The notes beneath the pieces were generated by a model. It searched no databases and had not been told where the DNA came from. It worked only from the letters and a program-made list of their open reading frames with translations. Both the position numbers and the translations under genes were made by a program. A DNA stretch of 64,000 bases from Rhina ancylostomus (lineage: Eukaryota). Of this stretch, positions 58,981 to 64,000 are shown piece after piece. The stretch's first letter is position 1, and every line of letters begins with the position of its first letter. The DNA lies in assembly GCA_030265395.1 (NCBI GenBank), contig JARFYF010000118.1, positions 16,904,508 to 16,968,507 of the forward strand, read 5' to 3'.

Positions 58981-60224
58981 GCCTCACACAAGTCCAATGA
59001 CATTGATGCCAATTTTGGCCTGAATTTTTATTGTTCCTTCCCATGTTGGATTGCAGGTACCAGATAATGAAAAAAAAGCCTGTTAATATATACATATATA
59101 TTTGTAAACCACTAACTAATAAAAAAACATGAAGTACTTCATACTTTACAGCATGTTGCCAGGGAATTAATAACCAAACAGGAAAGTGCACAATCAAAGT
59201 CTATTTTATTAAACTCATGTATTTCAAAAATAGTTAACCCTAATTGTTCTTTTACATCAGAATAAATCTTATGCTCTAAGTATGAGCAGCACTTAAGCCA
59301 TGACAACATTCTGGGAACAAGTAGGATGCAGGGATTTTGTATCTCAGGGCTTTGATTCCTAGAGATGATTAAATATTTGTCGATTGTTCTGTGCATTCAT
59401 TTCTAAGTTCATTCTGCTTTATTTGAAGGCACAGGTGGCAATTTTAACTGCATTTATCTGATCAGATGGGCAGAATGCTGCACCTACACCTCACCCAGTA
59501 AAATATGCCAATGGACTTCAAGGGAGAAATTTTAAAAATTGCCAAGCCTGCTTGGTTAAAATTGCTCTAAAATGAGTCAAGGTTCCCTTAAATAATTACT
59601 TAATGTAAACATTTCACATAAAATAATTAACAGAACAAGACAAACTCATAATGGCTGGTTAATCCTACTAGGGCAAAGCAGCCTCATGAGATAGAGCAAG
59701 GTAACTATTCTGCCTTCACTGCTGTGCAGAATACAGTCCAAGACTGCAAATTTTGAGATGTTAAGTAAGTTAAATGGAGCTAGGAAGCTCCAAGGGATTA
59801 CCAGCTCTTATGGTTATGTATTGTGCCAAGTGAGCAGGTCCTCACATGCATTACACTTCACTTCTTAGCACTGTAGCTCCAGTTCCTTAACTACCTTCCC
59901 TTCTCTCCCATCCTCATTATCTTTTATCCTAATACCATCTGTGAGATTTGTAACAAGACAAAATATGGACTGATGTTTCCAGTTATGCCTGAATAGCATT
60001 TAGTTTGTGGCTTGGTGGTATCATTTTTATAAGACACCCGATACTAAAAAGCCTTCACTTGGTTTGCAAAATAAATGTGGAGTTATTTATGAAAACATTA
60101 AATCTGTCAGCCACTCTTCTATTTATCAATGCTTCAAGGGGGCTGGATTCCAAAGTGAAAATACCTCAGAGAACTGAATCTGTGCATGAACAGCAGGTCT
60201 CAACAGTTACAAATTATTTTGAAT

Positions 60225-60728
60225 GTGTGGGGACATAAGAAGTTGCAGAGAGTAGTGGACTCTGCCCAATTCATCACAGGTACATCCCTCCCCACCATTG
60301 GATGCATTGCCCCGAGAAGGCAACATCCATCATCAAAGACCCCCACCATCCAGGCCATGCCATCTTTTCGCAGCTACTTTTGGGAAGGAGATACAGAAGC
60401 CTGAAGTCCCACGCCACCAGGTTCAAGAACAGCTACTTCTCTTCAACAATTCGGTTCTTGAACCAATCTGCACAACCTTAATCACTACAGTTTAGCAGCA
60501 CTATGAGCACTTTGAATACTTTGCACTAAAATGGACTTCGCTTTTTTTTGCTCTAAATGTGTCCTTTCTTGTAAAAAAATTGTGTATAATTTATATTTAA
60601 TTTATGTTTTTCTTGTGAATGCTGCTTATATGATGGTAGGTTCCTGTGATGCTGCTGCAAGTAAGTTTTTCATTGCACCTCTGCAAACATGTACTTGTGA
60701 TTATGACAATCAACTTGACTTTGACTTT
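60225..60728 (+). mobile_element. Rex1/Babar-type LINE 3' fragment
   Basis: KKLQRVVDSAQFITGTSLPTI..SIIKDPHHPGHAIFSQLLLGRRYRSLKSHATRFKNSYFSSTIRFLN; terminal 'cttgactttgacttt'. Confidence 0.85.
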
Positions 60729-60744
60729 ACAGCTCAACCAGAGA

Positions 60745-60870
60745 AGGTCGGGTGTCACTTATGGAGAGAAAAACAGATCAATAACCTTTCATCAGTGATG
60801 CTGCCTGATCTGCTGAGAAATTTTCAGTATTCCTGTTTGTATCTCAGATTTCTATAATATTTTGCTTTTG
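60745..60870. mobile_element. Degenerate PLE fold-back remnant
   Basis: 'ggagagaaaaacaga..acctttcatcag' joined to 'gatgctgcctgatctgctgag...ctcagatttct'. Confidence 0.6.
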
Positions 60871-61744
60871 GAAATATTTTAGAACCTGTTCAACGTTCCA
60901 TCTTTCTGCTATATTTACTAAAAAATCTGATTCAAAATGCTGGAACTGCTAGATAGTAAATAATTGTCCTGCCACTATTGGCTAGAAAACCCTGTAATGC
61001 AGTCTGAGATTTTTATATCCTTTAAAATTAATGATCAGAAACCCAGACCCTGAAAGGATATAATTTCCTGATATGTGCACCCAGCATGGATGAGAACCAA
61101 TGATGTGCAAAATGTTTAATGTCTTCAAGTACATCTTGTTTTATTAATCATGTGTAATGCAAAAGAGAAGCAAGTGGTTTGGTTCCACTCAACAGATCAC
61201 ACACATGCACAGATGGGAGGTTATGAATGCATATTAAAAATTATTTGGATCTTTAAAATTGCAGTGGATATATATTGAATGTTGATAATAGCAAAAGATT
61301 AGATATTAAGAAACGAACCTTCAAACACAATCTGGAAACAATCAGCCTGGGTGATAATTGAATAAAATGGACCACCCATAAGAGTACAGACATACTTCTG
61401 ATGAATGTCAATGGGATGAAAAGCTGCCAGACGATCCAATCTATTAATTTTTCACCCAGGTAGGAATGTGAAAATTTACTCACAATAAATTTGGCAAAAT
61501 AAAAAAAATATGGTGAGCACGACTGTTTTCAGGAGGGATAGAATATTTCACAGATTGGAGAAAAATAAACTGTTATGTTGGGACATAGAGGAGACAAATG
61601 GATGATGCTAGACAATGCCATTCAATGTTATAAAGCACTAATATTAGAAATATTGTAGAGTCACCATCTATTCCTTTCATATCCCAGCATACGTATCAGA
61701 TGTGGAAGATGTTCACTGAAAGAATTACTAAGACTATAAAGCAT

Positions 61745-61892
61745 TTTAAGTGGTCTTTAGACAGGCACATGAACAGGGAGGGAATGGAGGGAGAGAAGCC
61801 ATGTGCAGGTAGATGGGATTAGTTGGATTGGCATCATGGTTGACACAGACATCATGGGCTGATGGGTCTGTTCCTGTGCTGTACTGTTCAAT
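61745..61892 (+). mobile_element. CR1 3' end
   Basis: 'tttagacaggcacatgaacagggagggaatggaggg...gtctgttcctgtgctgtactgttc'. Confidence 0.85.
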
Positions 61893-62309
61893 GTTTTTAT
61901 AACTTCAGTATCGTACGGAAGGAATGCTCTCTTGTAGATAAAGTATGTGATCAAGATCCAATGTGACCTAACACCATGGAATGTGAAAGATCATATGACA
62001 TTGTTTAAATATGGCAATGGATGCACCTCAAGAATGAGCTTGCAACTGTTCCCAACCAAAGCACAACCATCTATGTTTTATTTACATTGCTGCTAGTGGA
62101 CCCATCCTTTATGAATACTGGCTGTTTTGTTTGCTCACATGTCAGTTGCAAGAACATTTGAAACGTATCTACCCTCTCAGAATCTTATCTGCTTCAATAG
62201 GATCACCAACCTTTCTTCTAAAGTCCAGTGAGTATTGGCCAATCTTACTCAATTTGTTCTTGAAGAACAAACTCATCATCTCAAGAATTAATCTAATGAA
62301 TCACAGACA

Positions 62310-62500
62310 CAGAATATAGAACAGTACAGTGCAGGAACAGGCACTTCAGCCCACAATGTTGTGCTGAACTAATTAGGCTAATGACACCTAACTAAACTAA
62401 TCCCTTCTGCCTGCACATGCTTCATATCCCTCCATTCTCTGCATATTCATGTGTCTATCTAAGAGCCGCTTCAACACCTCTATCGTATCTGCCTCCAATC
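62310..62500 (-). mobile_element. CR1 3' end
   Basis: 'agaatatagaacagtacagtgcaggaacaggc...tatcgtatctgcctcca', same subfamily as 52345-52787. Confidence 0.85.
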
Positions 62501-64000
62501 CATGTTACAATGACTCAAATATATCTTTAGGTATGGTAACTTAAACATATTAGGAAATATCTTTGTTTAATAATTTTCTCCAAAACATCATCTGGCAGTT
62601 CAATGGTCAATGACTTCAGTCACTGTGCTACGTTCACTAATTTTGTCTATTTTGGAACTACTAATGCACTGCTAAAAACATCACTTTTCGACTCAAATTA
62701 GTTTTGAAATTGAGCAGAAAACAATTTTATTCCAAAGGCACAAAGGAATCTGATTTGATGATCTTTGCTTGAGTGGTTTGTAAATGTCTCTTAACTAGGA
62801 CCATGGGCTTAGGTTAGTGAATGGAATCCAATTTCAAACTATAGCCTTTTAATGTTTGAGAGCTGCTTGTTCTAAATGGTAAACTAGAGATCCCATCATG
62901 CCATTTTTCAAAGAAGCAATTTGAATAGCCTGAGAATATACTTTTGTACGTTCTATCTGGTAAGAACTGAAACATAATTTCAATATGACTGGATGATACA
63001 TGGAGTTGAGGTATCAAGAACAAGGTATTAGACAGGAGTGATATGGGACCCAATCATTTCCACATGTGGAAAAATCTTCCACTATTAATTTTGTCAACTG
63101 CCAGAAGCATTTATATGTGCATTCCAAATAAGATGGTAATAATTTGTCATCATCTGAGGTTTATGTCCCATTATCACCTGAGGAACCTTTACAAAAACAT
63201 AATGAGATCCTAGCAAAGGTGATTAACAGATCAAAATGGCCTTTTTCAGTAAACATGGTCACGAATGGGTTAATGGACATTCTCACCCCACTCACTCTTT
63301 CTGTTGAGGTGCTAAACATTTTAAGCTTCAGCAGATTCCATAGCCCTGCAACCTTCGTGATTTAACATGTTGTCTGCCCTTCCATGCCAGGAGGCTCTGA
63401 TGGCAGATAGAGAGAAAGGACCCTGCCAAATAGCCAAAAAAGCCAAACTCAAAGGGCACGGATGAAAACACCACCACACTGACAACAAAAAACCCTGGCC
63501 TAATTTTTCAAATCTCTGACTGAAATCCAAACTAGACTGATGGGACAAAAAGAAATTGGATAGACTCACCAGCAAGATTAAATTGACTAGTACCTGGAAT
63601 TCACTACGAAAAACTGCAAGAACAGGTAATGATAGAAAAGGCAGACAACTTTGGTGAAGGCTAGTTTTTAATCACATAAAGGTGGAAGTATCTTGTCAGG
63701 ACTGAGTAGAGGAAACTTTACTCTTCATCTCAGTGCCATTTGATCTAAGAATGTCATCATTCACACCAACTCAATTTTCAGCATGAAAAATTATGATTCC
63801 ATAAGACAGTTCTGCTTCCCCCTTCTAAGAATTAACTTCTATTACCCTCAGATGCTGACTTCTCCAACAAAACTATAATAATTGATAAGTAGAATTGATT
63901 CCATTCCATACGAGGTCCAAATACGATTCATAGGATCTATAATGGCATGAAAGAGGCCACTCAGCTTTTTGACACTTTGTTAGTCCCTAATAGGACAATT

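Noticed and set aside
63057-63072. 16-bp perfect palindrome tttccacatgtggaaa
   Set aside because: About one 8-bp-arm palindrome is expected by chance in 64 kb; no supporting context
1-64000. ORF-track entries as host genes
   Set aside because: All are short. Those with recognisable products are LINE/PLE fragments, and the rest lack recognisable domains or a consistent exon chain
1-64000. CRISPR arrays, operons or prokaryotic defence systems
   Set aside because: The sequence is vertebrate, repeat-rich DNA with no regularly spaced repeats or dense ORFs

Overview
This is eukaryotic, AT-rich, CpG-depleted genomic DNA from a draft assembly with many N gaps, several exactly 100 N long. The repeat content points to a cartilaginous fish, probably a ray (inference from recalled repeat consensus sequences, not a database search). 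It includes CR1/HER1-type LINEs, tRNA-headed V-SINE/HE1-type SINEs, Deu-SINEs, LF-SINE-like SINEs, Penelope-like elements (PLEs) and RTE, L2, Rex1/Babar and Tx1 LINE fragments. I found no confidently recognisable host protein-coding gene, rRNA, tRNA or CRISPR array, so the window looks intergenic or deep intronic. ORF-track entries with a recognisable product are decayed transposon fragments; the rest look like chance ORFs or N-run artefacts. The most notable structure is a set of short PLE-derived fold-back insertions, three bounded by 11-13 bp target-site duplications (TSDs), that carry minimal hammerhead-ribozyme cores in various states of decay. Also present: nested insertions with resolvable order, one SINE core carrying two different LINE-like tails, two heavily decayed Harbinger-like relics, two unexplained local duplications, a perfect 16-bp hairpin, enhancer-like motif clusters and a few weak exon candidates. 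Coordinates of old repeats are approximate and family names rest on recalled consensus motifs.
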